A DNA stretch of 63,747 nucleotides from Elsinoe ampelina (taxonomy: Eukaryota): positions 2,930,244 through 2,993,990 of the forward strand of contig ML992501.1 of assembly GCA_010093995.1 (NCBI GenBank), written 5' to 3'. Shown here in pieces: positions 11,940 to 25,875 of this stretch. Numbering within the stretch: position 1 is the first letter of the stretch; every line of letters begins with the position of its first letter. Below the pieces are notes generated by a model. The model worked only from the letters and a program-made list of their open reading frames with translations, was not told the origin of the DNA and ran no database searches. The position numbers and the translations under genes were made by a program.

Positions 11940-13652
11940 CTATCGGTCCGTCATGCCGGCGAGCTCGGTGAGACTGTTCATGAACTCGGCCCATGCAGAC
12001 TTTCTGCGGTGCGCTACCTCGTCTTCGTCGTCCTGTTGTTTCCGCGCAGTATTCTCATCCTCGAGCTCGTGCTGCTCTGCAGATATATCATTCCCTTCGG
12101 AGTGTTCCTGGAATATTGTCTTGACAGTCGAGCGATGACTCTTGGAAGGCATAACCGAGTCCTGCTCGAATAAGACAATCATGCCGGAGTGCTGAAGAGC
12201 AGGAGGCGTTGGCAGTGTGTCAGCCTGACAACCTTGTGAAGCCACGGCCACAAGAGGCTGCTCGATGGTAGGTGTCGTGGGAAGATCATCAGTCTGCATG
12301 CCGGTGGCGTTGAACGTCTTCTCAGCCCAGTCCATCGGCGACGACCGCTCCTTGCCCTCAGCGGAGCCATTCGTCGATCTCGGTGTGGGGGGTGCCTCTC
12401 CCAACGCTTCTGGTTCCTGGACCTCCACTTCTCTGTCATCGCTGGCCCCGTCGAAACCAAACGAGCTGCTGAAGCGACGTATGGTGATTGATTGGACTCT
12501 GCCCTGCCTCTTCTTGCACAAATCCAGCTTCCAGTCTCCTTCTTCGTCGGGGTTCCTCCCGTCTTCACGATGCCTGACAATATCGGAAGGGGTTGAGGAT
12601 GTGACCCTATGCTTTGTCCTCCTACCTCGTTGCCGAGCATCCACATCGTCCCAGTCGCTCTTCCACTGATCTATACCACCGTCCAATGTCACTCGTTTCT
12701 CGCGCTCTTGCTCCGTTTCCTCCTCGTGTTCACCCTCTGCTTGCACCTCGAGAGCCTTGAGTTGTAATTTGAGAAAGAGCAATTCCGAGTGGTCGAAAGC
12801 GATGGCTGACTTTAGGGACTCGTTCTCGGACCGCAAGCTGAGAGCTTCGCGAGTGGATTCTTCCACCTGGTATGCATGCTGATCATTGAGCTCGCGCATC
12901 TCCTCGAAACGTTGTCGAAGGTCGACATTGGCTTTCGAAACTCGTTCCAGTATAGACGTCGCCTGGGCTAGGATACGTTCGCGGTCGACCTGGTGAATGT
13001 CTTCGTCCTCCTCTTCTAGCGGGACTTTCGTACGCACGTCGGTCGGAAGTGGAGTAAATGTCTCGTGACGCTTGCCATTCATCTCTGGCGAGGTAGCCTG
13101 TTGTGAGAAGTGATCATCGTCAACGAATCCCGAGTCACTCATGGTGCGACGATTGCGAGGGGACAGCTCCATGCCGACAAGTGATCTCTCCAGCTCGTCT
13201 AACCGGTCGCTAATCGAGTCGAAATTACTCTGTGAGGGTTTCTGTCGTAGCATATGTGCGCCGAGGTTGTTCAGTCGCAGCAGGACCCGTTGGACCTCTG
13301 GAGGTGTCATGTCGTATGCTCCAGTCTTGGAAACAGACCTTGACTCGTCCGTGAAATAGTCTGAGAAAGGCGAGTCGTGTGGTATTTGGATAGTCGAATC
13401 CCGCAAAGGCGTCAGGGGGTCTTGTCGCTCCATTGGCGCCGTGTGCGACCGAACGAGCGACGTGAAATGTGAAAGAGGTGAGTTATTGCGACTGTGGTGG
13501 GGTGGATTGAAGATGTGGGAGCGGGCCAGGTCGGCGTCGGGCGTCGAGAATCGTGGTTGATGCTTTGGTCGTGAGTACTCGCGTTTGTGGTACTTTGAAG
13601 ATGGTCCCGGGACGTGCCAGAAGGTAGAAGTTGAGTCCTTGGGCGACGACAT
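11940..13652 (-). CDS. Hypothetical coiled-coil protein, 570 aa
   Basis: Long intronless ORF with a central heptad-rich region (LRQRFEEMRELND...ELLFLKLQLKALEVQ). No family recognised. Confidence 0.75.
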   Translation of the reverse strand: MSSPKDSTSTFWHVPGPSSKYHKREYSRPKHQPRFSTPDADLARSHIFNPPHHSRNNSPLSHFTSLVRSHTAPMERQDPLTPLRDSTIQIPHDSPFSDYFTDESRSVSKTGAYDMTPPEVQRVLLRLNNLGAHMLRQKPSQSNFDSISDRLDELERSLVGMELSPRNRRTMSDSGFVDDDHFSQQATSPEMNGKRHETFTPLPTDVRTKVPLEEEDEDIHQVDRERILAQATSILERVSKANVDLRQRFEEMRELNDQHAYQVEESTREALSLRSENESLKSAIAFDHSELLFLKLQLKALEVQAEGEHEEETEQEREKRVTLDGGIDQWKSDWDDVDARQRGRRTKHRVTSSTPSDIVRHREDGRNPDEEGDWKLDLCKKRQGRVQSITIRRFSSSFGFDGASDDREVEVQEPEALGEAPPTPRSTNGSAEGKERSSPMDWAEKTFNATGMQTDDLPTTPTIEQPLVAVASQGCQADTLPTPPALQHSGMIVLFEQDSVMPSKSHRSTVKTIFQEHSEGNDISAEQHELEDENTARKQQDDEDEVAHRRKSAWAEFMNSLTELAGMTDR

Positions 13653-14136
13653 GGTCGGGGTAACTTGGAGATACTCTCGCTACTGCGCCATTTGAGGCGG
13701 CAAAAGCAGCAATGGCTGGTAGGATGACCTGCTTGCAGGGAATAGCATCCGAAGGGAACCAAAGGAGGAGGGGTGATCGGGCGATGATGTAGGCCGTCTC
13801 ATGCAGTCTCATGCGAGCTCTTCCGCAAAGGAATGGCTGGAAAGTGGAACCTTTTGGGTCGGTGCGGCTCTGCTTTGGCGCTAGGAGATCTGATTTGAGA
13901 TGGTCTGTGCCATTTTGCTCTTCCGCTCTCTCTTGGCTCATTTTCCTGCCTATTTTGGTTTGGCATGGTCTAACCCTAACCCTGGGTATTAAACTCCATG
14001 CCCTTGAATACACATTTCACATATTGATCTGTATCTACGGGACACTGGAAGTGTGTGACAATCCTTAGCTGTTTCTTGACATACTTCCAGACCCGTCATT
14101 CATTCATTGGCAGATCCTGGACTTCACATAGCCGTC

Positions 14137-15844
14137 ATGGCTGGCAAGGTACCCGCAAAAGATCTCCGTGGTATTTTTGGTGACTAATAATTGGCAAAGG
14201 TCAAAGTACTGCCGTCGATTCAAGACGTACAAGAGATCTTCGAATCAGGCAAGGCTCTCCAGAACCCACCAAATCTCATACCTCTCTGTGCTTCATTTCC
14301 GTCAGAGTTTCTCACACCTTCTGCGATATACCTAAAAGTTTCCGCCGCTTCCAAGTCAGACCATTCATTTCTCTTCGAGAGTGCCGCCACAACAGAGACG
14401 ATTGGCCGATATAGTTTCGTCGGAGCTGGTATGATCCACCATTCAGCCAGAGGAATCAACCTGACCCATCGCAGCTCCCCGCAAAGTATTGACAACCGGA
14501 CCTGGCCATGGACCTGAGGAAGACCCTATGCCGTTGCTCGATGCGGAGCTTTCAAAGTACCGAGTGGCAAGTATCCCTGGCCTACGACTACCACCAATGA
14601 CTGGTGGTGCCGTTGGGTATGTTGGGTACGACTGCGTCAAATACTTTGAGCCCAAGACGAAACGACCTATGGAAGACATCCTCAAGGTTCCCGAATCACT
14701 ATTCGCTTTCTACGACGAGATCGTCGTACTAGACCACTTCTTCCAAAAGATAATGGTCATCACCTATCTCAAAGTCCCCTCAGACGCTTCCGGCCTTCAA
14801 TCCGCCTACGACGAAGGCACCGCCACCATAAACCGCCTCCTCAGAATCCTCCAATCCCGCAGCCCCATCCCCTTTCCCCCTCAAGGCCCCATCCTCCGCG
14901 ACCAAAAATACACCTCCAACATCGGCCAACCCGGCTACGAACGGCACGTCCACCGCCTCAAATCCCACATCGTCAAAGGCGACATCATCCAAGCCGTCCC
15001 CTCCCAACGCATCGCCCGCCCCACCTCCCTCCACCCCTTCAACATCTACCGACACCTCCGCACCGTCAACCCCTCCCCCTACCTCTTCTACCTCTCCTGC
15101 TCAACCTTCCACATCATCGGCGCCTCCCCCGAACTCCTAGTCCAATCCTCCCAGGGGCGAATCATCACCCACCCCATCGCCGGCACCGTCAAACGCGGCC
15201 TCACCCCGGACGAAGACGAGCGCCTCGCCTCGGCCCTCCGCGCCTCCCTGAAGGACCGCGCAGAACACGTCATGCTCGTCGACCTCGCTCGCAACGACGT
15301 GAACCGCGTCTGCGACCCCCTCTCCACCCGCGTGGACAAACTCATGATCGTCCAGCGCTTTTCCCACGTGCAGCATCTCGTCAGCGAAGTCTCCGGGGTC
15401 CTCCGCGACGGCAAGACCCGCTTCGATGCGTTCCGCAGTATCTTCCCCGCCGGCACGGTGAGCGGTGCCCCCAAGGTGCGGGCCATGGAACTCATCGCCG
15501 AGTTGGAGGGGGAGAAGAGGGGCGTGTACGCTGGCGCGGTGGGGTATTTCGGGTACGGGAGTGTGGATGTGCGGACGGGCAAGGAGGAGGAAGGCGCGAT
15601 GGATACGTGTATTGCGTTGAGGACGATGGTGGTGAAGGACGGGGTGGCGTATCTTCAAGCAGGTGGGGGGATTGTGTTTGACTCGGACCCGGAGGAAGAG
15701 TATGTGGAGACGTTGAATAAGTTGAGGGCGAACATGACGTGTATCGAGACGGCGGAGGAGAGGCATTGGGATGATTTGCTGGAGGATACGAATGGGGAGG
15801 AGACAAAGGGGGAGAAGGTACACGTCGATTTTGCGGCGGGATAG
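14137..15844 (+). CDS. TRP2: Anthranilate synthase component I
   Basis: Motifs FLFESA, GRYSF, SPELLV, HPIAGT, EHVMLVDLARND, FPAGTVSGAPK, QAGGGIVFDS. Introns 14149-14199 and 14429-14474. Confidence 0.96.
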
Positions 15845-15955
15845 AGAGCTTAGTTAGGTAGTATGAATGAAGCTAGTCGTAAGGATATCTATGCATCTCA
15901 GGAGCACAGCACCATGTATGGTTCCATCTCAGGACTTCACCCTTCCATCCAGACA

Positions 15956-18913
15956 TCAACGAATCACGATCCCCCTCTCCCTCCCCAACCCAAAGCCCTC
16001 AACTTCCTCTAAAACCTCACTCCCCAAACTTCCCGGCCCGCCTAAACTCCCCACCACCCTCGCCCCTCCCGGCCCCTCCCCCCACACCTCATGAAACTTG
16101 ATACTCGCATCACTCGTCGCCACAACCAGACACCCCTCCCTATCCGTCCTCGTGCCCCTGCCCGTTCTCCTGCCTCGTCCCTTCCACTTTCCCCTTCCCC
16201 TCCCACCTACTCCTGCCTTCTCCGGCCCACCACGGAACGCGATCCCCCACAACGCCCTCTCCTCGCCTGCCCACTCGATCTTGACCCTTACTACACAATC
16301 AGGCCAACTATACACCGCTACTCGGACTTTATGCTCTGGTTGCGCGAAGCCGAATGTAGCTGCGATCTCCCGCCGGGTGGTACTCCACGTCAAACTGGTG
16401 ACTTGGGCGGCGCAATCGATGGCTGCTAGTTTTTGGCCGGACAGAGCGTGGTGGAAGTGGATCCCGCGGTCGTTGGAGCCGGCGCCGAGGGCGAGGAGGG
16501 AGGGTGCCCAGGGAGAGTAGGTCAGTGCTTTGACGGCTGCGGAAAGGGTGATGTGGTGTCGTGCTGAGGAGGAGGGCAGGGTGTTGTACGAGGAGGAGTC
16601 GATGTGTGGTCGCGGGGAGGCGAAGGGATAGGATCTCGCTGGTCTTAGGCTCGTCGGTATGCTGATGCGAGGGTGAGCATTGCCAGAAGGACCAGTGGCA
16701 TTCGGAGCTCGTCGAGACGATCGGCCGGAACGTTTGCTGTTGGGAAAGATTGTCCTGGCCTCAAATATGTAGACGCTGTTGTCGTTGCTACCGGTGGCGA
16801 GAAAGGCAGCATCGATCGACCAAGCTAAACCACAGACTTGTTGGCTGTGGGCTTCCAATCGGACAAGGATATTCAGAGCGCCATGCCAGTCATACAGACT
16901 TCGTTCGTCTTGATCAGGGTACTCAACAGCATAGACGTAGATGTTGCCAGCTTCGTCTCCGACCGCAAGTAGTTCCATCTCCGCCTTGACGGTGGAGTCG
17001 CGATAGGAGTGTCGCCTGATTTGTCGCGGAGAGAATGATACGCAAGACACTGGCGAGGGCTGATCAGAATCGAAGCAAGGTTCTCTGGCAAGCGTGTTCC
17101 ACAGCGTTACCCTACCATCGGCTCTTCCAATCGCCAGTATTGATTTCTGACCTGCCTCTGAGGAGAAGGAAAGAGAAGTGATGTGGCTTGAGAATGGTGA
17201 TGTCAAGCTCTCTGGCGTCTTTACGCCCTCTGCTTCCGACTAGAAATACACATTCGATCCAAGGCCGACTGCTAGGCATTGAGCGTTTGAACAGTAAGAT
17301 AGAAGTGAGCAGTAGTAGTCGTCTCGTAGACCAGGCGCATCCAGCACTGTATGGTGGGTCAGTCATGTCCCCGGCGTATTCTAGCTTGGACTCATCTGAA
17401 GGGTATGGCTGGCAGAGTTGGCTTCCGGACCATTATACCATGTGCTGAGAGGTTTGTCAGCATGTCAGAAGCGGACCTGCTTGACATACTCACGACTCGA
17501 TGGTGAATCATAGGTCCAAGCATTGTCTTTCCAAGCGGGCTTTGGTCGAGCAACGCTGAATCTGTCGTAATACCACGGCAAGCCTGACGATGGCCGGAGT
17601 AATGGCGGATTCAGGATCTTCTCGCATAGATGGTAGTCAAAAGCTACAGCGAGACGCTCTTTGAACATGTCTCGTTCCTCTGTCGGATCTCCTTTGCCAA
17701 AGAAGTCTGAGGCATGCAGTGGTGCATTTGTACCACTCGCGACTCGACGTCCCCTTCCATCCGAAATGCTGTGGACACCGTCGGAAAGAATTGTGTTGCC
17801 GTCCATGAAAAAGTTCGATCCTGTACTGACTGATCGTCGTGGGGCAGTGTATCTGTCTGCCCTCGGAAGAGCCGCTGCCATACCTGGCGTGCTGATTAAT
17901 CGCGAAGGGTAAGATCTGAATACGTCCAGGATGCGCTCGCTTGTCCTCGTACTCCGTAATGGGATAGCTCCGAAAGGGTCCAACGTCTCTGAATCTTGTC
18001 TTGTAAGTCGCTCAAATGTACTGAGCTCTCGAGGTGGCGTTGACAGAAGAGACTGGGTCCGTCCATCCCTCTCTCCGGATCTTCCGGGTACAAATCGGTC
18101 ATCCAACCGGAGACGCTTGCTCCCAACGCCAACGGTCCTGGGAGATCGATACTGCTTTGGCTTTGGATGCAAGACATGAGCATCTTTCGACTCTATCTGG
18201 TTCGTGGTGAGCCGAGAATTAGTGCTAGACGTGGTTATGACAGGCTGTGCGTCCGCCTTTTGCGTGACTACTGCCTCTGCTGTGTGTGATCGGGTCAATG
18301 ACGCATGCGTGTGATCTTCGGGATAGGATCCTGTCGATGGTTGTGCATCGTGATTGTTCAAGGAATTGCCTTCCTGACTGTGGTCCTTCCTGCTCTCTGC
18401 ACATCCGTCGAATGTTCCCGAGAATCTCAATGATACGTCGCCCTTGTTGCGGTTGTGAAGGACTCGAGTCTTGCTTACCACTCGACGTCGAAGTCCAGAG
18501 TCCAAGCAAGAATCTGACTTTGGGCGTTCTCCAGATGCCTTTCGATCTGTGACTGGTCCCTTGAGCGCCTTCCCTGTGCTCTTGTGGACTCTTAACTTTT
18601 CCCTTCCAGCGAATAGGTCCGACGGTAGTCGTTGTCGCTGGTGCTTTGGCGGGTCGTTCTCGCAGCTCGAGGATGACTTGTGACGACGATCCGGGTCGAG
18701 GATCAAGGTCTCGCCTCTGCTGTCCGTAGTTCGAGATTGAGCCTCAGAAAGCACACGGCCATGTTCCAACATGTACCCTGAACTTGCTCGGTGGTGCTCT
18801 TGGCCAACCGAAACATGTGGTGAGGCTTCCTCAGCATGGTGACCCGCATTGTTGCTCAGGGCGAGCAGAGGTCCAGAGACAGGCTCCTCCGATAGTTTGC
18901 GAGTGACCATCAT
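15956..18913 (-). CDS. AMA1: Cdc20/Fizzy-family WD40 APC/C activator, Ama1-like (meiotic), with an in-frame TAG at 17240-17242; start codon uncertain
   Basis: C-box DRFVP; PFRVLDAPGLRDDYYCSLL; HSQQVCGLAW; ATGSNDN; AAVKAL; GAGSNDRGIHF; AQVTSLTWS; C-terminal IR tail. Introns 17445-17493 (GT-AG) and 17349-17395 (AT-AC). The Ama1 subfamily call rests on recalled similarity to Pezizomycotina Ama1-type proteins. Confidence 0.8.
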
Positions 18914-19264
18914 CCGAGTCACGAGTTCGACGATCCGCGACTACAGCCATAGGTGTCGGTCGCTCTTTGGGCTCGTTGATGAGATCTAGCAAATCTCCAT
19001 TATGGCTAATACCACATCCAGACCGAACGATACTAATATGATTGAGAGCAGACTTCCAGATAGAATGGAAGGCTTCCCCCAAAAGAATACACTCTATTTT
19101 CGTCAAGATGAAATAAGATGAGATGACCTCGTCCGAACCGATATATGACAGCTTCGCCGCGGGAAAGCCGGACAGAGCCATCGCTCTTACCTTGTTCTAC
19201 AGTAGGCACTTCAACTTCACCACGTCATCTGAAGTCTGCATCCTCCTTACCAGGCTGATCCCGG

Positions 19265-20547
19265 ATGGCCAGTGTGAGTGTCAGGTATCTGCAAGGTCAA
19301 GTTCCCTTCTGACCACCCCGCAGCATGGCGTCGCCCGCTCTGCCCGCCGCGAGCTCTCCGCCAGTGAGAAAGCAAAAGAACAGAAGCACATATCACAGTA
19401 CCAGTCACTTGTAGCACAAGTCCAAGATCTTGTACGTATCTCTAGCCTTCATTCCTCCTAAACTCTCCTGATTGATCTCCAGTACCGCCAAAACGACTAC
19501 ACCTCCTCCTCCCTGCAACTCACCACCGCTCTCCTCTCCCAGAACCCTGAATTCTACACAATCTGGAACTACCGCCGTCAGATCCTGTCCTCTGTCTTTA
19601 GCACCGAGCTCTCTTCTCCTGCTCGCCCCGCCTCGCCATCTCAAACACCCGACGCCGAGGCCCTCAATTCAGCTCAGCGCGAGATTTCCCTCCTCATCCG
19701 CGAAGACCTCGCTTTTCTCCTACCACTGCAAAAGTTCAACCCTAAGGTCTACTGGCTATGGAATCACCGGGCATGGCTGCTGGGACAGGCTTCAGCGCAT
19801 CTCCCAATCACAACGGCGAGACAATTCTGGCGTGAAGAGCTAGGCTTAGTGGAGAAGATGTTGGGAAGGGATGAGAGGAACTTTCATGGTTGGGGGTACA
19901 GGAGGGAGGTCGTGGCAGCTTTGGAAGAGCTGAGGTACAGGGAACTGGTTGCTGAGAAAGACACGGACTCGGAGCAGGAGCTGGGAGAGGAAGCCAGAAC
20001 GGGTCTGAGGAGGGAAGCATCACTAGCGAAGCAGGAGTTTGAGTATGCGGATCGTATGGTCAGGGCGAATTTGAGCAATTTCTCGGCGTGGCATCATCGG
20101 CTACGACAGATATATCGACTGCTAGAAGGGAAGGGGGATACAGATGAGGCAAGGAAGGGGATGTTTGATGCCGAATTGGAACTCGTCACAGAAGGACTCT
20201 GGGTGTGTACAGGACCGAAAGATCAGAGTCTATGGTTCTACCACTTGGATCTCATGGCTACGCTGGATCCGGATGCAAGAGAGGAGTTCCGGATTTTGAA
20301 GGGCATCAATGATCAAGAACGAAGAGGGTATGTCGAGAAGCAGACGGAAGCGGTCAAGGAGATCCTCGAGGACAATGAGGATTGCAAGTGGGTGTACCAG
20401 GCGCTACTCGACCTCGCCCAGCTATACAAGCGGATAGGAGGGCAAGCCGATGATGATGAGATGAGGAACTGGCTCGATCAACTGGAGAAGCTAGATCCAC
20501 TACGAAAGCTGAGATGGCTCGACCTCCTTAAGAAACTAAATTTATGA
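19265..20547 (+). CDS. BET4: Rab geranylgeranyltransferase (type II) alpha subunit
   Basis: MAS/HGVAR start; PPTA repeats NPEFYTIWNYRR, PKVYWLWNHR, RNFHGWGYRR, SNFSAWHHR; DPLRKLRW tail. Two short 5' introns. Confidence 0.92.
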
Positions 20548-20571
20548 CTTCGGCCGACCCGATATGCCTTT

Positions 20572-22340
<1,769 letters not shown>

Positions 22341-23417
22341 TGTGTGTACTGTCTTTCTTTCTCCCTCGGCTGTCTACCTGTTTTATTTCTTTACAAATCT
22401 TCACCGACTCTGGAACCCCAAGCAATCATCAGTAATCTCTGATCCGCGTTGAGAGACCCAGCAACCACTGGTGATGCTGTACCGGACCCACGAGTCCACA
22501 TGGCAGGCGACATCTCAAGTGGGGGAGTAGAAGTGGGGTCCGACGGTCCCGGTGGGTAAAGGACGAGAATTGAAATGAGGCAAATTTTTCCTCGCTGAGA
22601 ACCGCTGGGAGGCTCTGCCAAAGTCGCGTCATTTGTTCCTCTTGAGACGCCTCCGAATGCCGGCACGTTGCGGACGGAAAATTGTTATTGTCATCAAGCT
22701 TTTGTGTCGAAGGCTGGCTAGTGGCTAAATCACATGCAGGAATAGAGCTCCAAGATGAGCAATGCGAGGCAAGCTTGGATGAGCATGAGTAATTAAGGGC
22801 ACAGGTCGGGATGAGGCTCTGTCCATACCATGAAATTATTCCAGTCATCGTGATCTAAACAAATAGTCCATGAGCCGCAAGGTAAGCTTTTGAATAATCT
22901 TATGCTATTCATTCTGGTTCTCTACGATCTATTGTGGTAGTTTCTCCACGCCCTGCACATGTTTCAGGACATCTTTCTCCTTGGAGTTTGACCGAGGCTG
23001 GCAAGGCTCAGTAGTTGGTTCTCCATGTCATGCACTCCACGCGGCGAACGGTGGGGGACCCTTGAGGGCACCCGGGGGTCAGACCCGGGAAGATCAGATT
23101 GGAGCTCATCTGCAGGGCAGAGACAGCAGAACCAGCAAGCCATGCACATCACCTGCCGCAACCGAAAGCCCCGGCGGGGGACCACCCATTCGATTCATCT
23201 TTTCTCCGAAACTCTCTCTGTCAGGCCCAGTTTACAGATCATTCGACAGCGGACGGACTCCCCCAGACGATCAGCTCTGCATGTGCGGCACTGGTCGAGC
23301 CCACCCTGTGCAGTGGTATATATGAATATGCTCTGATCCCCACATGATGATCGTGTTTGGTTTGTACTCTAATCTCTCTTTGCAACGGATTAGTTTTGCT
23401 TTCAGATTGCTTCCGTC

Positions 23418-25158
23418 ATGGCTCTTCCACCAAAGTGGTACCAGGTCAGCACACACTTTTCGGACTTGTTATACATATCTCTAACGCATAGATAGTTTCT
23501 GGTGTCCACCTTCGCCTCCATCGGTTCCATCCTCTATGGATACGATCTAGGAGTCATAGCAGGCGCCATCGGAGCCCCTTCATTCAAGGCCGAGTTTAAC
23601 CCAACAGCTAACGAAGTCGGTGCCGTGGTCTCTGTGTTCACTGGCGGGGCTTTCTTTGGTGCGGCTTTCTCAGGACCGTCCGGTGACTACCTCGGGCGTA
23701 GATGGACGATCGTGCTTGGTTCCATCGTGTTCATGCTCGGGGGTGGTCTCCAAGCTGGCGCAACCAACCTCAACTTCCTCTATGCTGGCCGTGCTATCGC
23801 TGGACTCGGTGTTGGATTCTTGGTAACCATCATCCCGCTATTTCAGAGCGAATTGGCGCACCCGAGCATCCGTGGACGTGTCACGGCTCTTCAGCAATTC
23901 ATGTTGGGTATCGGGGCGCTTGTGGCGACGTGGACGACCTTTGGTACCCTCAACTATAGTAACGACGATGATCTTCAATGGCGTCTACCATTAGCGATTC
24001 AGGTCATCCCTGCCGGTAAGAGAATCTCACCATAACATAGCCGAAAGAAGTATACTGACGAGATGATCAGGAATTCTCGGACTCCTTATCATGCTGTTCC
24101 CCGAATCTCCAAGATGGCTGATTGATCACGGTAAGCCCGAGGAGGGCCTCAAGACTCTCGCAAGGCTCCATGCCCACGGCGATGTGAATGATCCATGGGT
24201 CCGCGCCGAGTATGAACAAATACAAGAAGCCATTACCTATGAACATGAGCATGAAGCCAAGTCATACTCGGAGCTGTTCACGAACAGGTCCAGTTTCAGG
24301 AGGCTGTTCCTGGCTACCGCTATCCAGGCATCGGTTCAGATGGTGTGTTGTTTCCCCCTCCCCCCCACCTCTCCCTTCCAAACCTCCCCCGAGACCTTCA
24401 AGTTTATCAGCTTATTTTGCAAGACTGGCGTAAGCTCGATACAGTACTATAGCGTCACCATCTTCGAACAGATCGGTATCGCTCCTCAGGACACTCTCAA
24501 GTATCAGGGCATCTCATCCGTCCTTGCTCTCATCGCTCAGTTCATGTGTATACTGGTTATTGACTACACTGGACGTCGCTGGGTCCTGATCGGAGGCAAC
24601 TTCGTCAATGCTGTGACCTTCATAATCGCCACGATACTTCTCGCAAAGTATCCGCCAGGTGCTACAGACAATACAGCGGCAAGCTGGGGCTTCATATCAA
24701 TGACGTCGGTGCTTCTGAGTGCTGGCGTTACACATGCTAATTATAATTCCAGATGGCTGTTCAATATCTCATTCTCCTTTGCCTGTGGACCCCTTTCTTG
24801 GATCATTCCGGCCGAAATCTTCGACACACGCACTCGTTCAAAGGGCGTGTCCATTGCCACCATGGTGTCCTTCGCCTTTAACACTATGATCGGACAAACC
24901 ACCTCTGTAGCCATGGAGACTATCAGATACCGCTGGTACATTCTTTTTGTGGTCTGCAACATCACGAACGCCCTTTTCTTCTGGGCATTCTTGCCGGAGA
25001 CTCGGAAACGGCCTCTGGAGGAAATGAACTACCTGTTTACGAACGCTCCTCTTTTTGTACCAGGAATGAAGCCGGGAGACTTCGTTTCAAACGATCTTGA
25101 GAGGCGTGCTGAGGAGAAGGCACAGGCGCTGAGTACTGAAGATGTTGAGACCAAGTAG
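23418..25158 (+). CDS. MFS sugar-porter family transporter (possibly pentose/L-arabinose)
   Basis: GYDLG, GDYLGRR, PESPRWL, PAEIF, PETRK motifs; about 12 TM segments; start MALPPKWYQ. Four introns, including 24343-24423 and 24705-24752. Confidence 0.92.
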
Positions 25159-25875
25159 GGGCCATGTCGTCGGTGCTTGGGGACACAATACACAATTCTC
25201 TATTCGGTTGTCTTGCTAAGTACCTCTGGAGACTAGATTGTCGATTGATTGCGCATAAATTATGGATTACCATGTCAGGGGTACACCTGATGTGAATGTT
25301 CTGCGCCAGGGGAGGTCGGCTCGGCCGAAACTTTACCGAGACGTCGGACTACCACCTTGCCACCATCACCACCACTCGCGAGCAACACACAATGACATGT
25401 AATGACTCGATGCGAAAAAGCTCAGCGATGTGGTAGTGCTCTGATCGATTATTGCGTGATCAATCACTACCAGAAGACTCAGGTAGCCTGGTTGTCTCTT
25501 GTTGTGGCACTGTTCAGAATGACACAGGCCGTATGCATGATCAGACTAAATCTTCACGGACAGTGTAACACAAGTACGCATTCACATACAAATCAGATCG
25601 GAAGAATTAAAATAGTAACCTGATGTTCTTTGCTCTGTGGCGACGCCTATCCAAGCAATCGAGCATTTTTTCGGAAATTTCGGCTCCGCTTCCTCGTTTG
25701 GCCGCTTTCACATGCCAGGCACGCCAGGCTGGGGTAGCCGACGATCACATCTCTGTCTGTCCCAAGGCCGCGGCCTCGTGCCTCAAGCTCCAGAACTGTA
25801 ATCCAAACGTCTCTTTCGATATGACAATATCCACTTCCTCCCCATAAGACCACACCGCTATCCTCCGCGCCTGTC

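Noticed and set aside
17349..17395. U12 (minor spliceosome) interpretation of the AT-AC intron
   Set aside because: It lacks the ATATCCTT donor and TCCTTAAC branch point; its signals are U2-like.
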